Assembly (NCBI GenBank): GCA_951406725.2
Contig: OX597814.1
Span: 222,642,001-222,706,000 of the forward strand
Length of the DNA: 64,000 nucleotides
Origin: Octopus vulgaris
Lineage: Eukaryota
Direction: 5' to 3'
The translations under genes and the position numbers were made by a program. Positions 43,168-56,130 of this stretch are shown here, piece by piece (positions within the stretch are counted from its first letter, which is position 1; the number at the start of each line of letters is the position of its first letter). The notes beneath the pieces are model-generated. The model did no database searches and was not told the origin of the DNA. It saw only the letters and a program-made list of their open reading frames with translations.

Positions 43168-43545
43168 GCTCTCTCTCTCACACACATATATAAGCGAGAG
43201 TGTGAGTTAAACATATACGGTACACGTGCATATATATAAACTTCTAAATACTTGTTAAATTTTCATGTCTTCAGATAAAACATTGCACATATCTACACGA
43301 ACATCAACTCCATATAATTTACTGTTCGACCTACATAAAGTTTTGTGTAGGTCCCATAGACCTACAGAAAACCGACATGTGTTAGTACACAATTTACATT
43401 GACGCTAACTTCATAATCTCTATAATCTCTTTCAAACTCACTCACTACATAGTCGTTTCACTATGTGCATCCATATATATATACATATGCATACACACAC
43501 ACCATATATATACTTATATATATATGCAAATATGCACGTATCAAT

Positions 43546-43588
<43 letters not shown>

Positions 43589-43875
43589 ACATGCAAATTT
43601 GTTTCCATTTATAGTCTTCAAATATAATTAACCAAGCTTCATTTCACACGCTTCTAAATAAATTCTGTAATGTATTTATATCTTTTGGAAATATTTTATC
43701 TTTGTTTTCCGTCATTACATATGCATACATATACACATATATGAATATACATATGTGCATATATATATATACTTACATATATATATATATATATATATAT
43801 GCATATATATACACATTTATATATGCATATGTATATAAATTTTATAAATGCATATATATATGCACACTCATATAA

Positions 43876-43917
<42 letters not shown>

Positions 43918-43946
43918 GTATATATTTGTATATATAGCTCACACTT

Positions 43947-43999
<53 letters not shown>

Positions 44000-44514
44000 C
44001 TTTCATCCTTTCTCACATTTTCTAGTTTTCTTTCTACTCTTCCACTAATCACCCGGCAACTTTGACATCCCAATAATTCTGAATAGTTGTTTTCCTCTTT
44101 TATTTATTCTTTTATTTTTTAGCAAACAACTTTAAAAATATCTTTTTTTTTTTCAAATATTCCATATTTATTCGAAAATATACAGAACATACGCCACGAA
44201 TTAATAAAGTGTGATCTTTTCAAATATTCTGAAAATCCCCTTTTTTTTAAATTGTGATTAGGATCTTGTGTGCTGTTACAGTGTACATGCCAGCGTGAGT
44301 TATCGTCTAGCAGTCGGCATGTGGTTTAAGAATACATACTTAAAATCTACATTAACTGTCATGTATATACATGCGTGTTTTTAATATTTAATAACATCTA
44401 CACATGAATTTGTTTAATTTGGTCTAATTTTACCTTAATTCATACTACAAAATACTTCTGAATATAAATGCTGTCCTCGTACATACAAACTTTGGCTGTC
44501 TTTCTCCCTTCCTC

Positions 44515-44583
<69 letters not shown>

Positions 44584-44615
44584 GTGTGTGTGTGTGTGTA
44601 CATATATACATACAC

Positions 44616-44657
<42 letters not shown>

Positions 44658-44726
44658 ATAAAAGAAGGCAAATGCACCCACTTAACTTTGTTTTAATATA
44701 TTTTTAAATATATTTTGCATTGTGTT

Positions 44727-44759
44727 TGTCGACTGGTCTCGCTTTCGCTAATCATGATA
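44727..44759 (-). ncRNA. Minimal hammerhead motif, A3:U8 variant (5' inverted pLTR copy)
   Basis: TATC-ATGATTA-GC-GAAA-GC-GAGA-CCAG-TC-GACA. Confidence 0.6.
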
Positions 44760-46375
44760 TTGAAACTATTGTAATTTCGCATTCTCTTAAGAAGATTTTA
44801 GTTCATGTCGTGTGTAGAGAGGTTTTTGAATGAATGATTCTACAAGTAGACAGGGGAGGTAATTGCTCATCTGAAATCTATTGCTTAAGCAATTTTCTAG
44901 ACATCCTGCTGAAACCCTTGCTTAAATACTTCAACAGGCTGATTACAGACGATCTGGACATGCTTGTGCTCCCACCAAAAGCAACTAATGAACATACATT
45001 ATTGATTTCTTTCAAATTCGCTATATATGAAGTGTCACTGCAAAAATATGTCTACCCATTTCACTATTATACAAGATAGAACTGGAACGACTGCATTATC
45101 ATTTAGAACGAGACCATTGATAAATTTTGGGAATTTAAATCAATATTAAATCATATAAACCCTAAAGTTCAATTTACTACGGAATATATCAAAGAACAAC
45201 TCAATTCTTGAATATTACGATAAAAAAAGTCAACAGCCAAATTATAACTGACGTTTATCATAAACCAACGGACTCGAAGCAATATCTCTTGTTTACCACA
45301 AGCCACCCGAAACACGTCAAAAGAAATATCTCCTTTAATTTAACAAAGATTCTTTGCACAATAGTACCTGATAGAAATACTCGGGACCGACTTCAAGACC
45401 TCAGAACAACACTAAATACAATATCCACCTTCACGTATAGATGATGGAATTAAGCGTGCTAAGGAATCAGCCGTTAAATCACTATGGTAAACAAAACGTA
45501 ACTTCACACATCGTTTCAAAATACCACTGTATATATCAACTTACAATGAGGCGTACAACACTATTGTACAAAATCTACCTATGCTCACTGGAGACCAAAT
45601 AATGGAGAACATTCTGAAAACACATAAATTTATCAAATGCAAAATGTAACACAAATCACTGAAAAGACTTCTAACAAATACGAAGCTTTACGCAACAACT
45701 ACGAAACCACCGGTTAAGAAATGTGGATGCTCAAACTTTGGAAGATGTCCCAATCTACTGGAAGGCTCTAAATTCCTATTCAAACAAGGAGATAGGTTCA
45801 TAACGAAAACTAACTTCACTTGTGCTTCCGAGAATCTAATCTATGTTATAACTTGCTCAGGCTGTAGACATAACTACATAGGACAGACAAGTATGACACC
45901 GAGACGGAGAACAACACTACATAAGGAACAGTTCCGGGTCCCGCAATACAGAAATATTCCTTTGAGTGAGCACATAAAGTGATATACCGGTTATATCCAA
46001 CCAAACTTCACTGTTTTCCCCAGCTACTAGTGCAAATAAACAATTTCTATACAAGAATGTTCAAATAAGGAAACTTTGTTCATCGGAAAATGCAAAATAT
46101 GTCTAAATATGAACTTTGATTTCAGTATATGTTTTAATTCATTATTACATACCGATCACTGTATATATTTCATCCCACTACTTCAGAATTTGAGTTTTTG
46201 TGTATTTTCTTAATTCCTTACCCGAAAGATGAACAATTACCTTCCCTCTCCCCAATAATAGCGATCACCAATCGCTTAGATTTTTCTACTTGTTGAGTCA
46301 CCCATTCAGAAACTTCTCTACACACAACATGGACTGAAATTTTCTTAAGAAAATACGAAATTACAATAATTTCTA

Positions 46376-46408
46376 TGTCACGATTAGCGAAAGCGAAACC
46401 GGCCGACA
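46376..46408 (+). ncRNA. Minimal hammerhead motif, A3:U8 variant (3' pLTR copy)
   Basis: TGTC-ACGATTA-GC-GAAA-GC-GAAA-CCGG-CC-GACA; consensus with the 5' copy is TGTC-ATGATTA-GCGAAAGC-GAAA-CCGG-TC-GACA. Confidence 0.65.
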
Positions 46409-46482
46409 AACACAATACAAAATATATTAACAAAATATTAAAACTATGTAAATTATGTGCATTTTCCTTCCTTTATTTAATA

Positions 46483-46543
<61 letters not shown>

Positions 46544-46556
46544 GTATACATATATA

Positions 46557-46742
46557 GGGAGAGTCTCCGAAAAAAACAAAAGACGAAGACAGGTGGTGTA
46601 CAAAACAAACAGATGTATTAGTATAACGCTCAGGAATAGAAAAGTCTTTTACGTTTCGAGCCTTCGCTATTCTACAGAAAAGGACAGAAAAAAACAAGGA
46701 GAGAAAAAATGTGTGTAGTGGATAACGATCTATCATGGCGAC
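46557..46742 (-). mobile_element. Short pLTR-like insert in (TA)n with hammerhead-like motif (46646-46681)
   Basis: CTTTT-CTGTAGA-A-TAGC-GAAG-GCTC-GAAA-CG-TA-AAAG; homologous to 61255-61425; TA tracts on both sides. Confidence 0.7.
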
Positions 46743-46984
46743 TATATATATATATATATATATATTTAACATTACAACTCACCACGTGGGATAATAGAAA
46801 TTCCTCCCTTTTTGGTACTATACACACACGCGTACGCATGGAAAGAGAGAAGTGAATTTGTGCACATAAAGAAACTAGACTAATACATGTTTTCGTGGCA
46901 TACACAGGTACAAGTATGTATATACACAACATTCCACCAAGCCGAAGTTATTTAAACAAACATACCCTCCGTCAAATCGCCCTT

Positions 46985-47150
46985 ACCGGTAGTGGTTCAC
47001 CATCTGCCACATTTCAGATGACTAAATGGTCGCAGAGCAACGCGAAATGAAGTGTTTTGCTGAAGAACACAACGCAACATCCGGTCTAGGAATCGAACAT
47101 ATGATCTCGCAATAGTGAATGCAACACCCTAACCACTAAACTGTGCGCCT
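46985..47150 (-). mobile_element. Old tRNA-derived SINE head with CORE/V-like segment
   Basis: Minus strand GGCGCACAGTTTAGTGGTTAGGGTG..GTTCGATTCC..TTGTGTTCTTCAGCAAAACACTTCA. Confidence 0.7.
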
Positions 47151-47174
47151 TCACACACACATACACATAGACAT

Positions 47175-47317
<143 letters not shown>

Positions 47318-47654
47318 TGCATATCGCTAAATTCCTGTACGACTTGACGTCGACACATACACGCACATGCATGAATTGACACAGTCCAGAACACATTACA
47401 AGATCTTTTATTCATTGTCACTTATAATTCCTTTGAAATCTGTATTGAGGACAATTGCCTTTCTAATGTCATTTTACAAACGACAAAGACCAAAGAACAC
47501 ACTTCTCCAACTAAAATCACATTTAATTTCCTATCGCTAACACAATTTTGGTCTCAGTGATCTTGATGTTATGCATGGTATAGCATTAAAGGTCTCAATT
47601 TTCTTTTGCTTTACATTTCATCTCTCGGTATGCTTATCTGCAAAACCATACACT

Positions 47655-47956
47655 ACTACTACTAATACTACTACTAATAATAATACTACTTCCTCTTTTT
47701 CTTTTTCTTCTTCTTCCTCTTCTGTTAATTCTACTTCTTTTGTTCCTCCTAGTTTTAATTTTTTTTCTTTTCTTCTTCTTCTTCTTCTTCTTCTTCTTCT
47801 TCTTCTTCTGCTTCTTCTCTTCTTCTTCTTCTTCTTCTTCTTCTCCTCTTCTTTTTCTGTTTATTCTTCCTCTTCTTCACCATATTCCCCTTCTTTTCAT
47901 TTCTACTTCTTTTCTTCCTCCTTATTTTAATTTGTCTTCTTCTTCTTCTTCTTCTT

Positions 47957-47987
<31 letters not shown>

Positions 47988-48025
47988 TTCTTATTCTTCT
48001 TCTTCTCATTATTATTATTATTATT

Positions 48026-48072
<47 letters not shown>

Positions 48073-48125
48073 TATTATTATTATTATCATTATTATCATT
48101 GTTATTATTATTATTATTATTATTG

Positions 48126-48199
<74 letters not shown>
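47655..48199. repeat. Compound trinucleotide array (ACT/AAT, CTT, ATT, CAT)
   Basis: Direct inspection; explains homopolymeric ORFs. Confidence 0.95.
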
Positions 48200-48533
48200 G
48201 AGTGAGAGAGCAGTGCATGCCATCAAAGTGACACTGGGGTAAAATATACTAAGCCCAGTATACCCATCATGACTACCCGTCTGATAAGGGTACAATAGGC
48301 ACATGCATCACAACCATATGTGCGCGACATGGTAATTTCATATCAAGATAAACAGCACATGACCTTGCAGGTGGGGCCCAGTTAGAATTTTCTTCTGGTT
48401 GAGTAGCCCATCCTGCTCAAAAGGTCCCTGAATAAGGATTGTTTAAGGATGTTGAACGAACCACCCATGTTTCCAAAGGTGAATTATCCAAACCTTCAAG
48501 AATTCCTTTCAACACATGGCTATGATGCTCCCC
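48199..48533 (-). mobile_element. Interspersed repeat embedded in (ATT)n; possible R4/Dong-type 3' UTR
   Basis: (ATT)n on both sides; homologous to 58149-58290 (TGAGT.AGAGAGCAG..GCCATCA.AGTGA..CTGGG..ATACCCATC.TGACTACC.GTC..ATAAGGGTACAA). Strand is inferred. Confidence 0.6.
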
Positions 48534-48564
<31 letters not shown>

Positions 48565-48572
48565 TATTGTTA

Positions 48573-48603
<31 letters not shown>

Positions 48604-48605
48604 TA

Positions 48606-48657
<52 letters not shown>

Positions 48658-49439
48658 GCTGTTGTTATTCTCGTCGTCGTCGTCGCTTTGTTACTGCTAT
48701 AATTGTTAGAACAAACGATAGTAGGAATGTTAATAAGATATATTTAATATACAGAAACTCTGAGGATCAAGGTGATTATGATGATAATGACGAGTGTGAC
48801 GACCACTACCACGACGACTAGGGCGACGGCGATGATTGCATTAATCGTCTTTTGGCAAATAAATGAAATCATCATTAAAAATACAAATATCCGATTTCTT
48901 TGTAAATTCCTATAGTCAACAAGAAACGGTGCGATAAGCATAACGACAATAGTAGCGGATACGACTCAAAGATTTTCAATAACAGGAATATGGAATCAAC
49001 AATAAACAGATAAATAGAATATGAAAGAAGTAAAACGAAACACTTACAAATCAAACAGAATGCGATAAGCCAGAGCAAAGATAAAATACATTAACACCAA
49101 CAGCAACAGCAACAATATTTTCAACTCATACTTTGCTAATCAAATTGAACTATTCAACTTCGATTAACTCCAGATAAATGTAAAAGTAGCATGTAGTGCG
49201 GAAAAGTAGACGAGGAATTCACATGACTGGGTTTCACCTAAAAACTGAAAGTCTTCTTAGATTGGGGAAAATCCCTCTCCGATTTTTTAATGGCTGTGCG
49301 ATACATCATCCGAAGCAGGGTAGTGCAAATCTGTACTAGCTAATAACAGATTAATGACGCAGAAATAGGCCATAAGGGATTGTGTCTTGCACGTTGTGCA
49401 AAGACTGGCACCTAAAAAGCATAGTATTAAAGTATGAGG

Positions 49440-49667
49440 TATTAAAGAAGGCGGCGTTTGCACGCCGGGCGAAATGCTTAGCGGTATTTCGTCTGCCGTT
49501 ATGTTGTGAGTTCAAATTCCGCCGAGGTCGACTTTGCCTTTCATCCTTTCGGGGTCGATAAATTAAGTACCAGTTACGCACTGTGGTCGATGTAATCGAC
49601 TTAATACCTATGTCTGTCCTTGTTTGTCCCCTCTATATTTAGCCCTTTGTGGGTAGTAAAGAAATAG
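49440..49667 (+). mobile_element. SINE family C (Deu/Nin-like central domain) with 16-bp target-site duplication
   Basis: B box GAGTTCAAATTCC, GACTTTGCCTTTCATCCTTTCGGGGTCGATAAATTAAGTACCAG; GTATTAAAGTATGAGG at 49424-49439 and 49668-49683. Confidence 0.88.
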
Positions 49668-49699
49668 GTATTAAAGTATGAGGGATATTATCAGTTGTA

Positions 49700-50700
49700 T
49701 TGATCGTGATTTTCACATCTTCTAAATCCTTTATCTTGCAACACGGTTTTAATACAATGGCGAATATAGAGAATACCCACAACGAAATGTGATCGAGTGT
49801 GATGCCTATGATTATCCGGATCGCTGTTGCAACGCCGGAAAGACTGCGAGGATATCCGGGAAGTGTACCTCTTTCAGAGATAGAGGAGAGCAATTATGCG
49901 GGTGGTGAATGTTAAAATCCTGGCTGATACGGGTATGAAGGTAAAGGCTTTTTGAGAGCAGTTTGCAGCGAAAGAATTGAAAATCAATATATATGTATAT
50001 GGAAGTGATTGTAGCAGAAATAACAGTAAGGAAGACTAAACTCCTCAGTAGCCAATATCATATCTACTGCTTCTACTCTCTTTGAATATTTAGAGCATAA
50101 GCAATTGAGAAAACTTTTGGGGTTTCCTCACCAAGACAACCAAGATACAGATGTGTCACACTCCATAGAGGAGGATCTGTCAGGCTCTTCCTGATGTTGC
50201 GATGGACACTAGATAGATACTAGAGAAGGTTCTGAAATTACATAGAATAAATAGAACAAGCAGAAGGAGTAAGTGAAAGAATGGTCAGTAACAAGAGGTT
50301 GAAGAACCTTCATGTGATAATGGATTTCCCATAGAGTATCTGAAATTCGTATTTATTTAAAATAAGAAATCTCACCAGTTGATTAAATGCTGATTCTTAA
50401 ATAATATGAATAAAATATTGTTCTCTTATGAGAATCTGATTTTTATTTAGTAATCTTCCCTGACGGCTTCTACAACAATGAAATATCACAGTCCTGTGGA
50501 TATTAAATAGAAAAAAATGATACTGTGAGAAAAATGTTTGTGTTGTTGATGAGGATGTAGAAGGAGCTTAAATTTTAACTTCGTAAATTTTTTTGGTAGA
50601 TTTTGTACTTGAGAAAGACTTCAGCGCACTTTACCAGAGTAAAGTGATGAGAGATATATAGCAGACACGGCAGACTATCTGCATTGCATAAGCAAATCCC
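49700..50700 (-). mobile_element. Highly decayed LINE 3' region (CR1/L2/Jockey-like)
   Basis: Broken minus-strand frames resemble LINE ORF2 C-terminal motifs; many stops and frameshifts. Confidence 0.35.
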
Positions 50701-52063
50701 GTTACCGACAGGTGCAGAAATTTTGCTCTTGTCGCTTGCCTGAATATCATAAAGCGCTTAGAATAATATACAACCGGTGTTCGACATAAAACTTGTATGG
50801 GGCGAGATATTGAATATTATGACCAATGTGGTTGTTTAGGACTCAGACTTTTACATTTGAAATATGTATTCGAAATGCTGAAGATAAACCAACGATTAGA
50901 AAAGTCAAATATGCTGTCCTTTGCGTTGAAAGACACAAGAGTGTGTTTCCATTGATTAGGATGAATCCATCTAGAGAGAAAAATTGCAGGGTTTGGATGA
51001 AAAGGGGCGCAGGCCTTGTAGTTCCCTGGAAAAGTAGTGTTGGAATTAATTGTTTTTTTGTTTAATCAAAGCTATCAGATAGGATGTTGTATTTGATGAT
51101 GATGGGATATATCTGGTGACGAAATTGTTAGAGTAAATTGCGTTAGTGCGGCGCCTTTGTGTATGCGAATGTTCGTGTCTGTGTGTCTGCGTTGGTGTGT
51201 TTCTGAGTAATTCAATGACTCTTTATTTTCTCCACGTTCCTTGTTAAAAAATGAGAGCGTGAGAAATGAAGACGAAAACAAGTTGAAACAAACCAATATC
51301 TCTCACATGCTAACAGATAAACGTATAGAAACTGTAAATAGATACACACAAAGATATAAACATTTATTTGTAAACATACACACACGTATACACACATGTG
51401 TGCGAATGTGACTGCATACATCTGTGTGTGTGTGTTTGTATCTTTGTGTGTGTGCGTGTGTGCGTGTGTGTGTGTGTATGTGTGTGTATGTGTGTGTTTT
51501 GTGTGTGGTCTTGACACGCGTGGCTGAATTTTTCAAGTCACATGCTAGTTTTAATTACACACACAAAAAAGACAGAAATATTTTAAAGATATTTTTAAGC
51601 AGATATTACTGGAATCACGGAATAAGAATCGATCTGTTTGCCATGAGAATATGAAGTGAGATTCTTTCCCAACAGTTTCAAATGAATAGAAAATAAAATA
51701 AAAAAGAAGGAGGCTAATTTAGAAAATAGTGAAAACAAAGCTGTAATTGGAGAAGTAAATATAAGCAAAAGTAAATAGACACACGTTTGTGAATATATGT
51801 AGACGGCGGCCAGGTGTATATATTAGCAGTAAACTAAACTGAAATATCGCATAAATATCTGCTTTCTTAACTCATGCTCCCATATTATTGCGTATTTTGT
51901 TACCCAGTTAGAAACTATTTCTTGATTGTGAAAGAAAGCAATTATTTTCTTACAGAAGCACAAATAGTGAACCTTCACCTCACTTTTTTAATTATGGTAT
52001 CATAGTTCATTTTCCCATGAGTTTAGATAAAATCATTTCATATATATATATACACACACATAA

Positions 52064-52143
<80 letters not shown>

Positions 52144-52446
52144 ATGGGAGAACGCAATATAATTAGCAGAGGGAAATATATTGATAATAATGACTTGACT
52201 GCGACTTCAAGTGTTGTCGCTAAAGGTTAAACAAGAGAAATCGTATTGTTGAATAAACTGTAATATAAAAAAAATGCTTTGTGTTAAAAGAATATTTCAA
52301 AAATGTGTCTCGATACATACATATACACATAAATATACATACATATACATAATACATATATATATATATATATGTCCTTATATATGTACACAAAAATAGA
52401 GGAGATAAATGGACGTACATGTATAGACATACATATATACATATAC

Positions 52447-52486
<40 letters not shown>

Positions 52487-52768
52487 CAATAATAGCAAAG
52501 GATAAAATTAATTAATTAACTAGTTTTCAATAATTTCACCAAGTAGAAGTCGGCATGAAAAAGGACCATTTCACGGTAAATTAAAGTAATACTTCATAAT
52601 AGGGTTCAGCAAAGATTTGCTTTACCACAAAACGAAGTTTAGAAATAGCAGCCAAAGAACCTTAGCTATTTCTTCTACTTTAAAAACAGACTTCCGAAAA
52701 AAAAAGTACTCGAAAACAATCCACGAAGACAGAGAGGAAAATAACGAAAATCAATCGATATTAGATTA

Positions 52769-52852
52769 CCCATGTACGCGTTTCGGAATTAGAATCGGTA
52801 TAAAGAATTTGTAGTTTATACTTTACCCGAACATTTTCTTCATCAGCATGGG
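52769..52852 (-). ncRNA. Type-I hammerhead ribozyme motif with canonical core
   Basis: CCCATG-CTGATGA-A-G..long stem II (TCGG..TATAAA/TTTATA-CCGA)..TTCC-GAAA-CGCG-TA-CATGGG; 6-bp stem I, palindromic ACGCGT stem III, GUA cleavage triplet; within a ~510-bp insert (52490-53000) between TA tracts. Confidence 0.85.
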
Positions 52853-53822
52853 ACTTCACAATATTAAATATTAAAAATATTAAATTTGAAGGCACTGGAA
52901 GAACTGAACATATCTCTCTAACTAACGGTATCAGACAGATCAAATTCAACGTCAGTACCCCCGAATTAAAAAATATACGAATGAGGTTCATCATCTTCCC
53001 TATATATATATTTGTGTGTGTGTGTGTTGTAGAACCTAATTATCTTCTCTTTTTTTTTTTGCTTTTGATTCCTGGTTTTCAATCAATAGAAATTGTGTGC
53101 CTTTTTGCCGGATGATTTCTGAATGTATTTTGTGTCCATTGTTTGAATGATTTATCATGACCACCTGAAAATTTTGTTAGCTTCTATTTCCTATAAAATT
53201 AGTCTTCATTTTTAGTGCCTAAATTGGTCTATATATCCTTCTTATTCTACCTGGTGCTTATATCCCTTTCTAAGTTTTATACAAAATATAATAATATATA
53301 GATTTTTCTATACTTTGGTGATATCTTTTTCCCCCTGTAACCTTATTGCCCATTTAGATCTCATTGTAACGTCCTTTGTTTTCTATTTATCTGATAATAA
53401 AGAGTTTATGTCAACCCTACCCCCCTCTTTCTGGGCATTTACCACTATCTGAGATATATTTATTTATGTGGTCAAGGGAATTTATAGCCATAGTGATCAA
53501 TGTTTTCATGTATATCTGACAGTATTGAATTTATTACCAGCAGCTAAAACTTAACTCTCAACTCCTATCGGTTTTAATTCTTAGTAGACGCAAAATGATA
53601 GCGGCATTAGTTCTTTTAATGGTGATATAGAGTAGATAAAAATTGTAGCTCATGACTCCCACTGTTATCCTATTCTGCCTCTCCAAATTATAGTTGGAGT
53701 ATTTTTTCCTAAGTTTATTCTGCTACGATAGTGGCAGCATAGAATTCTTTCATTCTCTTGTTCCGAAGAAATATTTGCTAAAAATTATAATGGAGTATCC
53801 TATCTGTTGAAAACCTATATTT

Positions 53823-53909
53823 TGCAACCGAAGATGGCTGTGTACTTCAAATTGATGCAACATCTGCATTTTTCGATTAATTTAACCCGCCTGAAACTGC
53901 CGTAATGCA
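53823..53909 (+). ncRNA. Decayed hammerhead-like motif
   Basis: TGCAA-CCGAAGA-TGGC..GCCT-GAAA-CTGCCG-TA-ATGCA, near the end of a T-rich insert followed by (TA)n. Confidence 0.5.
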
Positions 53910-54367
53910 CTGATACGTTGACATCCTTGTTACTTATATATATATATAAGTATTAATTTAATTCGAGTATTAATTTTTCCCTCTTGTTTTGCATTTACGT
54001 TTTAACTCTTGTGCATATATGTATGTATTTACGTACGTATGTGTATATATATATATATATATATTTGTGGGGGCGTGTATGTATATACGCATATCACATA
54101 TGTTTATGTAATAAGGTGTGAATTTATATATATGGGTAGATGCATGTCTGCGTGTGTATGTTTAAATTTAAACACTAGTAATAAAAGTGTCGTATACCTC
54201 ATAATAATGATTGGGTAAAAATGAATTTGTTTGGCAAGTTAATTCCATCAAAAAATTCTACCAGCTTGTTGCTAATCACAGAATGATTTTCTCGTTAATT
54301 TTTACATTTTAATTATTTTTATGATAGCATCTCTTCTGTTAATGTAATTCATTCCAATAAATACATA

Positions 54368-54420
<53 letters not shown>

Positions 54421-54430
54421 TTATTATTAT

Positions 54431-55079
54431 CCTATGTTTGACTTTTGCTTTATTTCTGTACAAGTTGGCTCCAAGTCTCTCCCAGATACCTCAAGAGACA
54501 ACAGGTTGGAAGTTCACGTTGTTGTTATGCCTAGTGTGCCATATATTTGGGGTTTTTATTTGGTGTTGTACTAGTGAATGTCTAATAAATAATTTTTTTT
54601 TAAAAGTTTGTTTTAAACCTTGGGATTACATAGAGAGTATTTTGCGTAGGATATGAGCAGTTCCCATGAGCACTATCTTTTGAATTTCTGCCATTTTGGG
54701 GTTTCCTGATATCTGAGTTAGGTAGCAATCAGCCCCTTTCGCTATCATTCCCAGGGCACCTATGACAACAGGTATTGATTTAGTCTTCAGGTTCCACATG
54801 TTGCTGATTTCTACTTCAAGATCTTTATATTTGCTCAGTTTTTGGTAGGTCTTGACAGATACGTTTATATATAGATTGGGACAATCATATCAATGAGGAG
54901 GCATGTTCTTTGTCTGAAGTCTTTCAATATGATGTCTGGCCTATTTGCATCTATCTTTCTGCCAGTTTGAATGGTGAAGTTCCAGAGGAGTGAGATGTGG
55001 TCATTTTCTAGCACTGGGGGTGGATTGTGTTCCCACCAGTTTTTTTCATGGGGCAAATCCAGGTTTTTGCAAATTACCC
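54431..55079 (-). mobile_element. R4/Dong-like LINE, 5'-truncated, inserted in (TAA)n
   Basis: WWEHNPPPVLENDHISLLWNFTIQTGRKIDANRPDII..LIDM, then KLSKYKDL, IPVVIGALG, EIQKIVLMGTAHILR; (ATT)n at 54369-54430 and from 55080. Confidence 0.9.
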
Positions 55080-55097
55080 ATTATTATTATTATTATT

Positions 55098-55213
<116 letters not shown>

Positions 55214-55395
55214 TATTATTACTATTTTTATTATCAATATAAATAAAATAAAAACAAAAGTAAAAGTAAAAATAAAAATAAATGTAAAGTAAAAATATTC
55301 CCTTATTTCCCTTTATACTTCCTACATCATTCATTTTCCAATATAATTCCTAATACTGAACTCTACTATTTCCTTCTAGTTAACTCTCTCATATC

Positions 55396-55443
55396 GTCTC
55401 AGATGAAGGGATACTCATAATATCCCAGAAACAGCTGTAAGAC
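55396..55443 (+). ncRNA. Hammerhead-like motif (U4A)
   Basis: GTCT-CAGATGA-A-GGGATA-ctcataa-TATCCC-A-GAAA-CAGCTG-TA-AGAC. Confidence 0.65.
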
Positions 55444-55669
55444 CACATTTCTCTTTATACATGTCCTATAAATTCCAAATATAAAACCCTTTTGACTGCT
55501 TCCACCACAAATGACACTACTACAAGGACTTTAGAGTAATACCCACCAAGCATTAAGAACCATATTTTGAGATCAGTCACTACCCACGAATTTATTCAGA
55601 AAAATTCCAATCGCATTGTTTACATTATTTACATTTCACGGATATTTGTCCTCATAGTGTTTGTTGTTA

Positions 55670-55713
55670 ACACAACGTTTTGGCTGATATACCCTCCAGC
55701 CTATTTCAGGTGT
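55670..55713 (-). ncRNA. Decayed hammerhead motif
   Basis: ACAC-CTGAAATA-GGCTG-gagggtatat-CAGCC-AAAA-CG-TT-GTGT; stems intact, core mutated. Confidence 0.55.
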
Positions 55714-55828
55714 CCAATCACTACTACTATAACCATAACAGGTCACGTTTAGGTCACTTGACTATTTAAGAAGAATCCAGCAACAGCTTATTACTGTCAT
55801 ACTACTCCCGTCTTTTTCTTCTTTTCAC

Positions 55829-55829
<1 letters not shown>

Positions 55830-55859
<30 letters not shown>

Positions 55860-55927
55860 CTTCTTCTTCTTCTTCTTCTTCTTCTTCTTCTTCTTCTTCT
55901 TCTTCTTCTTCTTCTTCTTCTTCTTCT
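55830..55927. repeat. (CTT)n microsatellite
   Basis: Direct inspection; explains the poly-Arg ORF. Confidence 0.97.
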
Positions 55928-56086
55928 TTGTTTTTCATGATATACACTAAGCTGAAAAAGAGTCGCAAAGGCTGGAACCTGTACTAAAATGTTCATTATA
56001 AAATAATATCAGCATTATCTATTTTCCTTAAGTATATATATATATATATGTATGTATATGTATATATATGCATATATATGTATACA

Positions 56087-56130
<44 letters not shown>

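Larger units (their letters stand above)
44690..46443 (+). mobile_element. Penelope-like element (Neptune-type) with inverted terminal pLTRs
   Basis: Decayed RT (LSNFLDILLKP, LNHINPKVQFTTE, TDVYHKPTDSKQYLLFTTSHPKH), Cys linker (KKCGCSNFGRCP), GIY-YIG (TCASENLIYVITCSGCRHNYIGQT, ~45818-45890); 44690-44872 is an inverted copy of 46227-46443. Confidence 0.9.

Noticed and set aside
43250-43400. LYVGRT on minus as a GIY-YIG remnant
   Set aside because: Single short motif with no supporting context.
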